DNA of 55,297 nucleotides, from positions 1 to 55,297 of the IMG/VR virus record IMGVR_UViG_3300014169_000008; one strand, written 5' to 3'. Every line of letters begins with the position of its first letter. Position 1 is the first letter of the stretch. Shown here piece by piece: positions 8,690 to 17,531 of this stretch. The position numbers were made by a program, and so were the translations under genes. Below the pieces are notes generated by a model, which saw nothing but the letters and a program-made list of their open reading frames with translations, made no database searches and was not told where the DNA came from. The stretch comes from a virus. Lineage: Duplodnaviria > Caudoviricetes.

Positions 8690-9631
8690 ATGGGACTTTC
8701 TGCCCTCTCAGGCCCGCTTGTAATTCACGGCCCTTCGCCGTCAAACTCGGCGTCTAACCAATCGGTTCTTCCTCTGACACCGGATGCCGGCCCCAGCATG
8801 TTGTTTGGTGGCTTCACGTTGTTTGATCCTCGCTATTCTTACAAGGCCGGCGGGGGCACAGAAAACAACGCGCTTCTGGCGATTGGCGTCGGTATCAGCG
8901 GCGGTTATCTAACCATCGACCAGGCGCCTTCAACAGCGGCCGTGAACAACATCGCCGTCGCCGCTGCCACGACCAGCGGCACGAATATGACGCTTGTGTC
9001 CACGACAGCTGCCGGCATTACGGTTCTCGCCTCCGCTTTGACTATTCCTCAGACTGGTCTTACGATCGCTTCTGGCAAACTCGCTATCGATCTGGCCCCG
9101 GCCCTTGTCAATTTCGGTACGTGCAAGAGCACAGCCGTGGCGGATCCAACCAAGAATATCGCCCGTGCGATCTCCGTTACGGCTTCTTCGGGCGCTGCGG
9201 GAGGTAATTTCCTTATCCAGGGTGCCGATCTTTACGGCTATCCGATGACGGAAAAAATCACTGTGGCTTCCAGCCCGTCCGGTGCGACCACGACAAACGG
9301 CAAGAAAGCGTTTAAATTCATCAACGCTGTCACGCCCCAGGTCACGGATACCAAGAGCTATAGCGTCGGTACAGCTGATATTATCGGGTTCCCCGTCCTT
9401 ATCAACACGCTGGCCTACGCAGATATCTCTTGGGCCGGTTCACCGGTTGTTTCCTCGGCGGGCTTTGTTGCTGCGGTTTCAACAACGGCCAGTAACACCA
9501 CTGGCGATGCTCGCGGTACTTATGCGCTGCAATCATCCTCAAACGGCACGTTGTCTATTCAGATCTTCCAAAGCATCTCCCCGGCTAACATCTCAACGAT
9601 CGCGGGCATGTTCGGAGTGACCCCGGCATAG
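8690..9631 (+). CDS. Virion structural protein (Ser/Thr/Ala/Gly-rich)
   Basis: Position after the capsid gene; GADLYGYPMTEKIT...GKKAFKFINAV motif paralogous to the next gene. Confidence 0.65.
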   Translation: MGLSALSGPLVIHGPSPSNSASNQSVLPLTPDAGPSMLFGGFTLFDPRYSYKAGGGTENNALLAIGVGISGGYLTIDQAPSTAAVNNIAVAAATTSGTNMTLVSTTAAGITVLASALTIPQTGLTIASGKLAIDLAPALVNFGTCKSTAVADPTKNIARAISVTASSGAAGGNFLIQGADLYGYPMTEKITVASSPSGATTTNGKKAFKFINAVTPQVTDTKSYSVGTADIIGFPVLINTLAYADISWAGSPVVSSAGFVAAVSTTASNTTGDARGTYALQSSSNGTLSIQIFQSISPANISTIAGMFGVTPA

Positions 9632-9641
9632 GAAGGCTGCT

Positions 9642-10310
9642 ATGCCCCTTAACACCAAGACGATCACCTACCAATTGGCCGCCGCGGTTGCCACCGGGAT
9701 TTCAACTTCGGCATCCGGTACGGCAGGTACGTCTCTCCTCATCAACGGTTCTCTCGCTACCGGCGGCGTTGCAACGCTTGACAGCGGCGGTGCGGCCCGC
9801 CGTGTTATTGTCACGTCGGCAGGCAATGATAGCAGCATCACGTTCAAGATTACGGGTACAGACCGCTATGGACGTTCTCAATCCGAGGTATTAACCGGTG
9901 CTAATACCGCGGCGGCTCAGTCAACCAAAGACTACCTGACCGTCACGTCGATCGTGCCGTCGGGCAACACGGCAAGCACCGTGACGGCCGGGACCAACGG
10001 TGTAGGATCTTCGGACGCTTATATTGTCGATTGGGTGCCGAACGGCAATCTGATCGGCGCGGCTATCGAAATCGCTACCGGTAAAACCGTTAACTGCACA
10101 GTGCAAGAGTCGTATGACGATCTTTCACCCGCGTGGGACCAGGCGAATAATAACGTGACGTGGTTCAACGATACAAACTTGGCTTCCAAAACCGCAAACA
10201 CTGCCGGGACACTCGCTGGTCCTTTCACAATGATCCGTCTTCTGATAAACTCCGGGACGGACCCTGCCACCCTGAAACTTATCACACCATTTATCGGGGG
10301 TCGAATTTAA
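9642..10310 (+). CDS. Virion structural protein
   Basis: ITGTDRYGRSQSEVLTG...KDYLTVTSI motif shared with 8690-9631. Confidence 0.65.
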   Translation: MPLNTKTITYQLAAAVATGISTSASGTAGTSLLINGSLATGGVATLDSGGAARRVIVTSAGNDSSITFKITGTDRYGRSQSEVLTGANTAAAQSTKDYLTVTSIVPSGNTASTVTAGTNGVGSSDAYIVDWVPNGNLIGAAIEIATGKTVNCTVQESYDDLSPAWDQANNNVTWFNDTNLASKTANTAGTLAGPFTMIRLLINSGTDPATLKLITPFIGGRI

Positions 10311-10332
10311 CAACTAACCTAGGAGAAGTGCC

Positions 10333-10650
10333 ATGAAAGGTCACAAGAAAGAGCATCACAAAAAAGCTTCCGGCGGCAAAATCGACGGCGGTAAGGGTAC
10401 GGCCGAAGAAGACAAGGAAGTGGAAGACAAGAAGGACGCGTTCAAGCACGGCGGCAAAGTCAAGCACAAGAAGCATGGCGGCAAAGTCGGCGGCAAGAAG
10501 CCTCACATGCGTGCGGATAAGAAATCCCGCGGCGGCAAGGCCGATATGCAAAAGACACCGAAGGTCATGGGTGGTGGCGGTTCGCCTCTGTCCGGCGCCG
10601 GCGCGACTGCGGAAGCAGGAAAGCCGAAGCTCGACAAGGAAGACGACTAA
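10333..10650 (+). CDS. Small Lys/His-rich protein with repeated KHGGKV motifs; possible internal DNA-condensing protein
   Basis: SD AGGAG; composition; FKHGGKV, KKHGGKV, KASGG, KSRGG. Confidence 0.7.
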   Translation: MKGHKKEHHKKASGGKIDGGKGTAEEDKEVEDKKDAFKHGGKVKHKKHGGKVGGKKPHMRADKKSRGGKADMQKTPKVMGGGGSPLSGAGATAEAGKPKLDKEDD

Positions 10651-10653
10651 ACC

Positions 10654-10971
10654 ATGAAGGGCCGTACCGGTAAGCCTTCGCGCCAGCCCGAGAGAACGAT
10701 TTCAAAGTCAGTTCTCAAGGCGGCGCGAGTGCGTACCCACGGCGGCCATTTTGGTGGTGAGCCTCCGATGAAACGCCCTGACAGGCGCGCTCGCGGCGGC
10801 GGTATCCATATCAAGGCTTCACATAAGGGGCTTTTGCATAAGGATACAGGAACGGCGAAGGGCAAGAAAATCCCGGAGTCGAAGATTAAAGAGGCCGAGC
10901 ATTCGAAAAATCCTGCGGTGCGCAAGCGGGCCGTATTCGCAGAGAATGCAAAGAAGTGGAACCACGGATAG
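10654..10971 (+). CDS. Small basic phage protein
   Basis: GGIHIKASHKGLLH...KRAVFAENAKKW resembles a common phage small basic family. Confidence 0.65.
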   Translation: MKGRTGKPSRQPERTISKSVLKAARVRTHGGHFGGEPPMKRPDRRARGGGIHIKASHKGLLHKDTGTAKGKKIPESKIKEAEHSKNPAVRKRAVFAENAKKWNHG

Positions 10972-11003
10972 TCCCCTGACCCTGCGACGGGGAGAGGCAC
11001 GAA

Positions 11004-12185
11004 ATGACGACTTCCGGCACAAATAACTGGTTCCTCGATAATGCCGGCATCATCACCGAAGCGTTTGACCGCTGTGGCATTCGCCCAACCGCTCTCACCC
11101 GCGAACATTTTTTCTCCGCCACCCGATCTCTAAACCTCGAGCTCCAGACCTGGAGCAATCGCGGCGTAAATTTATTTCAAATCGATCTTCAATCGATCCC
11201 GCTGATCCAGGGCCAAGCGGTCTATACGTTACCGTCGAACACGGTCAACATTATCGACGCTTATCTCGAGACCTATCAGCTCGGTACCGTTGTCAACCAG
11301 GCGCCGAATTTCTCGACAACGGCGAGCTCAACAACTGTAACCGTCGTGCAGAACGCGCATGGTCTCTTATCCGGAAACTGGATCGCTGTGGTCGTGCCCG
11401 TGGCGGTTGGTGGAATTGTCATCACCGGCTTTTACCAAGTCACTGTTCTTGACGGCAACACATACACAATTCAAGCGTCTTCGGCCGCCACAGGCAGCGT
11501 ATCGAACGGCGGTACCGTTCCGCAATTCACAACGACCGCTGGATCCCCTGTCGTCACTTGCGTGCTGGCGAACCATGGCTTGGCGCCAGGCGAACAGATT
11601 TATATTCAGGTTCAAACTTCCGTCGGCAGCATCCCGCTCTTCGGCGCCTATACTGTCGGCGCCGTAACCGATGTGAACACCTTTACCTTCTCGGCTCAGT
11701 ACAACGCGTCAAGCAACGACAGCGAATTCGAAAATACGTCCGAGGTTCAACTGCAAACGCAAGCCTTAAGCGCGGATCCGATCGATCGCATCATGACATC
11801 GATCAGCCGCACCGATTACGCCGCGCAGCCTGATAAGGAAAGCCAGGGCTTACCGACGACGTTCTGGTTTGACCGTATCAGCCCGATCCCTACAATCACA
11901 ACCTGGCAGGTCGCCGATGGCAACGGACCCTATGCGTTTTTCTATTACCGTATGCGGAGGATCCAGGACGCCGCGGCCACGGGCGGCCAAACTCCGGATA
12001 TTCCATATCGTTTCCTCGAAGCCCTTTGTGCGGGCGTTGCGCGACGCCTTGCGCGCAAATTCGCGCCTCCCCTCTATGCCTCACTCAAAGAAGACGCCGA
12101 TTTAGCCTGGGCGCAAGCGGCCGAAGAAGACCGGGAACGCGTAACGCTGTTTATGGTGCCTGACACGAGCGGATATTTCCGCTAG
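11004..12185 (+). CDS. Head-tail adaptor/tail tubular protein with two inserted ~70-aa beta repeats (FCCH-like)
   Basis: IITEAFDRCG...WSNRGVNLF and PYRFLEALCAG adaptor-like motifs; insert repeats AHGLLSGNWI and NHGLAPGEQI. Confidence 0.7.
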   Translation: MTTSGTNNWFLDNAGIITEAFDRCGIRPTALTREHFFSATRSLNLELQTWSNRGVNLFQIDLQSIPLIQGQAVYTLPSNTVNIIDAYLETYQLGTVVNQAPNFSTTASSTTVTVVQNAHGLLSGNWIAVVVPVAVGGIVITGFYQVTVLDGNTYTIQASSAATGSVSNGGTVPQFTTTAGSPVVTCVLANHGLAPGEQIYIQVQTSVGSIPLFGAYTVGAVTDVNTFTFSAQYNASSNDSEFENTSEVQLQTQALSADPIDRIMTSISRTDYAAQPDKESQGLPTTFWFDRISPIPTITTWQVADGNGPYAFFYYRMRRIQDAAATGGQTPDIPYRFLEALCAGVARRLARKFAPPLYASLKEDADLAWAQAAEEDRERVTLFMVPDTSGYFR

Positions 12186-12193
12186 GATGAGTT

Positions 12194-12838
12194 ATGAGAA
12201 AAGCTGCTATGAACAAGGTCGCCATTATATATTGTGCCGTTTGCGAGCATAACGGTAAAAAATATATTGGCGTAACGACTAGGAGTTTAGCTAAACGCAG
12301 GAGCGACCATAAATTGCACGCGGCTCAGAAACGCAATAAAGGGTATTTTCATAAAGCCATCCGAAAATATGGTATTGAGAGTTTTGTCTTTTTTACTTTA
12401 GAGCATTGTGAAAGTATGACGCTCGCTCTGCGTAGAGAGATTGAGATAATTGCTGCTACACGGCCAGAATACAATAACACCCTAGGAGGAGAAGGACAAT
12501 TGGGCCGCACCCATACGCCGGAGTATAGAAAAGTCCTTTCCGAACGCAGTAAAGGCAACGCTTGGGCGAAAGGGCATAAAATGCCTCTTAAGTTGAAAGC
12601 TCGTTTGCTTGTGATAAATACAGGCGCTAAAAGGCCGAATTCAATCCCCCCTGATAATTCTAAAAAAATTATTTGTATCGAGGATGGTAAAGTTTTTGCG
12701 AGCGGAGCAGAGGCGGCGCGTTTCTATAAGTGCCACCCATCTCAGATATTACAGGTTTGTAAGAAATATCGTTATCATAAAACGGCGGCCGGAAAAACTT
12801 TTAAGTTCTTAGCAAATGACGTTAAGGAGGCAGCGTAA
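12194..12838 (+). CDS. GIY-YIG homing endonuclease with NUMOD-type C-terminus
   Basis: IIYCAVCEHNGKKYIGVT, AIRKYG, EYNNTLGGEG; AT-rich relative to neighbours. Confidence 0.85.
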   Translation: MRKAAMNKVAIIYCAVCEHNGKKYIGVTTRSLAKRRSDHKLHAAQKRNKGYFHKAIRKYGIESFVFFTLEHCESMTLALRREIEIIAATRPEYNNTLGGEGQLGRTHTPEYRKVLSERSKGNAWAKGHKMPLKLKARLLVINTGAKRPNSIPPDNSKKIICIEDGKVFASGAEAARFYKCHPSQILQVCKKYRYHKTAAGKTFKFLANDVKEAA

Positions 12839-13194
12839 TGGCTTATGCTTCAATTTCTGGACGGGCTAAAACTGATCCGAAAAACCCAAGAGCCTTTGGC
12901 GTTTGCGATCGTTGCTCACTATGGTATAATCTGCAAGATCTCGTCTGGCAGTATGAGTGGCGTGGTAATGAATTGGTCAATATCCAGCTCCGTGTTTGTA
13001 CATTAACGTGCTTGGACGTTCCTTTTCAAAATAATAGACCCCTTTATTTACCGCCGGATCCACCACCTGTCGACCAACCTCGGACCGAACCTTTCGCGAT
13101 CGACGAAGATTTGGTAGCGTGGGACCAACCCAATGAATTTTTCGACACAGGCGCCCCTCCTAATTGGGATCCAGAAACACAAGGAAACAAATGA
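12838..13194 (+). CDS. Small structural-module protein with CxxC/CxxxC
   Basis: AFGVCDRCS...RVCTLTCLDVP...PRTEP; TAATG-coupled. Confidence 0.7.
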   Translation: MAYASISGRAKTDPKNPRAFGVCDRCSLWYNLQDLVWQYEWRGNELVNIQLRVCTLTCLDVPFQNNRPLYLPPDPPPVDQPRTEPFAIDEDLVAWDQPNEFFDTGAPPNWDPETQGNK

Positions 13195-13700
13195 AAATCA
13201 ACCACACGATCGTCCATTACGTTCTTATAGCGGCCGCGATGGCTGTTGCTTGCACGGCTTATGTCCATAAGCCGGATATCGAGATGGTGCCGACGACAGA
13301 GACCCATGAAGTGACGCATGTACGCGTCAGCCGCTTCGATTGGCCGGTGCTTGGCGAGAAGAAAACCATCGATTTAGGCGAGGCGATCAGCAAAATTTCG
13401 CCCGATAAAGTGCAAAAAGTGATCCTTTTCTGCGCGAATGCGACCTGTCAGAACCTCCGCACGGATATCGACGACGCCATGCAAATTGCTTTCTGGCAAA
13501 GCACATTTGAAGACCGGCCGGTCGATAGCGAAGCGGAAAAGGGCATTTCTGTTGGGCCGCCGGGCAAAAAAGCCCTGGCTTTAGCGAAGGCAATCGAGAA
13601 AACAACCGGCATACCGGTCACGATTGTGCCGATCGACAAGCCAGATGGCTCGCCTATCGACGAGATTGGTGTTATTATCGGCAAATCTGAGGGTAGATGA
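13191..13700 (+). CDS. Membrane-anchored or exported hypothetical protein
   Basis: Hydrophobic N-terminus YVLIAAAMAVAC; CANATC pair; ATGA-coupled on both sides. Confidence 0.6.
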   Translation: MKINHTIVHYVLIAAAMAVACTAYVHKPDIEMVPTTETHEVTHVRVSRFDWPVLGEKKTIDLGEAISKISPDKVQKVILFCANATCQNLRTDIDDAMQIAFWQSTFEDRPVDSEAEKGISVGPPGKKALALAKAIEKTTGIPVTIVPIDKPDGSPIDEIGVIIGKSEGR

Positions 13701-15676
13701 AGCGATGGCTACTGCTACTTGCTCTCGTAGTCTTTCCAACCGGAGTCTGGGGCGTAACCTTCCAGCCTACGGTAAACCCGCTTGTGCCGGTGCAAAATTC
13801 ACCGCTGCAATCCGCCGTTGTCCGCAATAACTTTCAGGCTACCTATAACGATTTAGTCAGCGTCGCCGGCCTGATCGGCGGCGGTGTTTCCAGCATCAAC
13901 GGCGCCCAGGGCGGTTTCACTTTTACCGGATCCGGCGTTTCTTGCGCATCTACTACCTGTACTTTTACGGGCGGTGCTTCGGGCGTTTCTTCCATCGCTG
14001 GCACTGCCGGCCAGATCACGGCATCAGCTTCAACGGGAGCCGTGACGCTTAGTTTGCCGTCGACGTTAACGCAGAACACGACCTATTCCGGCACGGCGAA
14101 TTTCACCAGCACATTTTCGATCAGCGGGGTTGCTGAGACTTTTCCGGGCAGCGGTTTGATCGTCGGTACAACCGATACGCAAACTTTGACGAATAAGAGC
14201 ATCGACGGCTCAGAAATCAATAGCGGAACCGTACTTGCCGCGCGTCTTCCAACAGGCACCGCGGCTGCAAAAGGTATCCTCCAGGGCGATGGATCCACGC
14301 TTACGATTACCGCCGGCGTCATTGCCTGTACGACAGGCACGACATCGCAGTTGGGTTGCCTCGAGCCTGACGGCACGACGATTACAGTCAGCAGCGGTGT
14401 CATTTCCGCGGTCACTGGCGGCAGCGGTAACGTCACCGGACCCGCATCCTCGACCACGAACGCGATCGCGACCTATGCCGATACAACGGGTAAATTGCTC
14501 GCTAACAACACCGGTGTGACGATCGCGAGCAACGTCGTAACCGATAGCCAGGCGATCTCAGCCACGTCCACCGACGGTTATGTTCTCAGCAATCCCACCA
14601 CGGCGACAGTCGGCGCGCAGAAATGGTCGCCGCGGCTTCGCTTAACGGGTAGCGGGTGGAAAACCGCTTCGACGGCCGCCGGACAGACAGTCGATTGGGT
14701 TATTGAAAATCAGCCGGTTCAAGGCAGCACAAACCCGACGACAAATCTTGTTATCAGCGACCAGGTTAATGCTGCGGGTTACAACGCGGCTTTGACACTT
14801 TTAAGCGGTGGTGGTCTCAACCTGGCGTCAGGCAACTATCAAATCGGCGGCACGCAGATCGCGTGCGCGAACCTTTCGAATGGCGCGGCGAGCTGCTCAA
14901 CCGACACGACAAATGCTTCTAATATCTCCACCGGTACGCTTGCGGCCGCGCGCGGTGGCGCCGGCACGATCAGCGGCGCGCTCAAAGGGAACGGATCCGG
15001 TGTTGTATCCCAGGCCGCTTGCGCAGATCTCTCTAACGGCGCGACAGGCTGCTCTACGGCTACCGGTACTTCCGGCGCTACGATCCCTCTATTGAACGGC
15101 GCTAATACCTGGAGTGGGAACCAGACCTTATCGGCCGTGAACCTCATAACCGACACGACGACCGGCATGAAGATCGGCACATCGACGAGCCAGAAACTCG
15201 GTTTCTTCAACGCGACACCGATCGTACAGCCGACCGGCGATATCATCACGGCGATGCAAAATCTCGGTCTCGGCGCTTCGCTGACGATCGGCACGAGCGA
15301 TCTGCCTTCGAACCAGACGATCCGGTCGATCCAATTTGTGATCGATGGCGGCGGTTCGACAATCACGACCGGCGTGAAAGGTTTCCTCGTTATCCCCTTC
15401 GCATGCACGATCAACAGCGTGACGATGTTAGGCGACCAGAGCGGCTCGATCGTCGTCGACATTTGGAAAAAAGCTTTCACGACTACGCTACCGACCGTGG
15501 CGAATACGATCACGGCATCCGACATTCCGACGATCTCAAGCGCCGTCACAGTCCAGGATACGACCTTAACCGGCTGGACAACCAGCGTCTCGGCCAACGA
15601 CATGATTGGGTTTAACGTCAACTCTGTGACGACCATGCAACGTGTGACGGTGGCGCTCAAATGTACCGCTACATAA
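13697..15676 (+). CDS. Tail-fibre-like protein with N-terminal signal peptide
   Basis: MKRWLLLLALVVFPTGVWG leader; T/S/G-rich fibre repeats (GVSSING, TDTQTLTNKSID); C-terminal IDGGGSTITTGVKG...GSIVVDIWK domain; 10 Cys. Confidence 0.75.
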   Translation: MKRWLLLLALVVFPTGVWGVTFQPTVNPLVPVQNSPLQSAVVRNNFQATYNDLVSVAGLIGGGVSSINGAQGGFTFTGSGVSCASTTCTFTGGASGVSSIAGTAGQITASASTGAVTLSLPSTLTQNTTYSGTANFTSTFSISGVAETFPGSGLIVGTTDTQTLTNKSIDGSEINSGTVLAARLPTGTAAAKGILQGDGSTLTITAGVIACTTGTTSQLGCLEPDGTTITVSSGVISAVTGGSGNVTGPASSTTNAIATYADTTGKLLANNTGVTIASNVVTDSQAISATSTDGYVLSNPTTATVGAQKWSPRLRLTGSGWKTASTAAGQTVDWVIENQPVQGSTNPTTNLVISDQVNAAGYNAALTLLSGGGLNLASGNYQIGGTQIACANLSNGAASCSTDTTNASNISTGTLAAARGGAGTISGALKGNGSGVVSQAACADLSNGATGCSTATGTSGATIPLLNGANTWSGNQTLSAVNLITDTTTGMKIGTSTSQKLGFFNATPIVQPTGDIITAMQNLGLGASLTIGTSDLPSNQTIRSIQFVIDGGGSTITTGVKGFLVIPFACTINSVTMLGDQSGSIVVDIWKKAFTTTLPTVANTITASDIPTISSAVTVQDTTLTGWTTSVSANDMIGFNVNSVTTMQRVTVALKCTAT

Positions 15677-16815
15677 AGAATTTCGCACTCGGCCTGGTCT
15701 TGACGCTGGCGCTTATGTGGGCGCAAAGCGCCGAGGCGACACAATATATCAACAGCACGACGGCTATATCAATTACTATTGGAAGCGGTTCAACTACCGG
15801 GACGCAATCGATAAGTTGCACTGGAATCTGTTTTATATTATGGGGCGGCAATAGTACGACGGCCACGACAAGTTCAGCGCAGGGCTTTTGCTATCTTACA
15901 TACAGCGGCGGCGTTGTCACCGCGACCCGGACTACATCAAGTACGAACACCTGCACAGCTAACGGAACATTAGTCGACGCAACGAGCAGCCTGGTCACTT
16001 CTGTGCAATCCGGTACGATTTCGATTACGACAGGCACTTCGAATACGGCGACAATAACCTCTGTCACGACTGCCGACAGTTCCGTTAATATCCTCGGCCA
16101 CTCAAACGGCAACGCAACTTTTGATTTTGAAGTTGATGACCCCTATCTTGTCTTAACAAGTTCGACGGTGGTGACAGCGACGGTCGCTGCGCTGACGACC
16201 AGCTCTACCGTCGCCTATCAGGTTATTAACTGGAACCACAGCGCGCTTAACCAGAGTACACAGCCGTTTTTAAAATCTTGGACAAATAGTTCAACTTCGA
16301 CCACGCAAGCGATTACGAGTGTAAATACCGCGAACGCTCTTCTTCTTTTTGCCGGCAACAATAACGGGAATACGACAACTTCCGGCATTGATGAACAGAT
16401 AGGCGAAATCACCGGGGCGACGGTGGTAACTATCAGTACCGGCGTCGCCGATGGTGACGCGATAAAATACGCCGGGACGGTCGTTGAATTTGTCTCGGGG
16501 GTGTTTTCTCAGTCCGCGCAGCGAAATATTACGACAATCGCTGCCAGCACATCGAGCAAGACGGACACCGTTACAAGCGCGACGACGAATGCAAGCGCGC
16601 TTAACTTCACCGGATGGACGACAACGACTACAGCGGTAACATCACTCGCCAATGTTGTGCCCAGAGAAGCGCAAGCCAGCGCGACGACAATTACTGCGAC
16701 GGTCGGCGGCACAGTACCGTCCGGTAAAACAACAACAAATGGTTGGGAGCTCCTAACCTTCCAGAATTCAGGTGGCGGCGGTGGGTATGTTCATTCACAG
16801 GGGTACATAATGTAA
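15661..16815 (+). CDS. Thr/Ser-rich beta-repeat protein with signal peptide (fibre tip or adhesin-like)
   Basis: MYRYIKNFALGLVLTLALMWAQSAEA leader; repeated SVQSGTISI/TATITSV units; 4 Cys. Confidence 0.7.
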   Translation: MYRYIKNFALGLVLTLALMWAQSAEATQYINSTTAISITIGSGSTTGTQSISCTGICFILWGGNSTTATTSSAQGFCYLTYSGGVVTATRTTSSTNTCTANGTLVDATSSLVTSVQSGTISITTGTSNTATITSVTTADSSVNILGHSNGNATFDFEVDDPYLVLTSSTVVTATVAALTTSSTVAYQVINWNHSALNQSTQPFLKSWTNSSTSTTQAITSVNTANALLLFAGNNNGNTTTSGIDEQIGEITGATVVTISTGVADGDAIKYAGTVVEFVSGVFSQSAQRNITTIAASTSSKTDTVTSATTNASALNFTGWTTTTTAVTSLANVVPREAQASATTITATVGGTVPSGKTTTNGWELLTFQNSGGGGGYVHSQGYIM

Positions 16816-17528
16816 TGGCGATGAATTACACCCAACTGACAACGTATCTTGAAACCATCCTGGTCGATCAGGCGCCAAGCACGGATTTCACGACCATTTT
16901 GCCGGCCGCGATCCAGTATGCCGAAGGCCGGATCTACCGCGAGATGGATTTCGTCGCGACGCGCACAATTCAATCGCCGACGGCTTTTACGGCTAACAGC
17001 CGTGATTTCACGCTTCCAACTTCTAATAATACTATCCTTGTTTTGCAGGGCGTTTCCGCGATTTCCCCGGCCGGCCAGATCCCGCCCGCGGGCGTGCAAA
17101 ATCCGCTGATGGAAGTGTCACTCGATTATATCGATATGACCTGGCCGAACGAAAGCTCAACGGGTCTGCCAACCGTTTTCGCAGTTAAAAACGATACCCA
17201 AATCGTCGTGGCGCCGACGCCTGACGCTGCTTACCAGGCAAAACTCACCGGCACATTCCAACCCGCGGCCATGAGCGCATCAAATGCGACAACGTATATC
17301 GGCGACATCTATCCGGACCTGCTTGTCGCGGCGTGCATGATTTTCATGGCCGGCTACCAACGCGATTACGGCGCGCAGAGTGACGATCCGAAATTGGCGC
17401 AATCATGGGAAGAGCAATATCAAACGCTGCTCAAGAGCGCGATTAGCGAAGAACAACGCCGCAAAGGCCAAGGCACGGGGTGGGCACCTTTTTCAGAAAC
17501 TCCTCTAGCTACTCCTCCAAGGACGTAA
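16815..17528 (+). CDS. Head-tail adaptor protein
   Basis: TAATG coupling; MNYTQL...IQYAEGRIYREMD, VAPTPDAAY and YPDLLVAAC motifs. Confidence 0.72.
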   Translation: MAMNYTQLTTYLETILVDQAPSTDFTTILPAAIQYAEGRIYREMDFVATRTIQSPTAFTANSRDFTLPTSNNTILVLQGVSAISPAGQIPPAGVQNPLMEVSLDYIDMTWPNESSTGLPTVFAVKNDTQIVVAPTPDAAYQAKLTGTFQPAAMSASNATTYIGDIYPDLLVAACMIFMAGYQRDYGAQSDDPKLAQSWEEQYQTLLKSAISEEQRRKGQGTGWAPFSETPLATPPRT

Positions 17529-17531
17529 TGA

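Noticed and set aside
14839-15744. Long antisense ORFs (also 21662-22513, 41192-41899, 45738-46529)
   Set aside because: Shadows of GC-rich, codon-biased genes on the opposite strand; no motifs or SD
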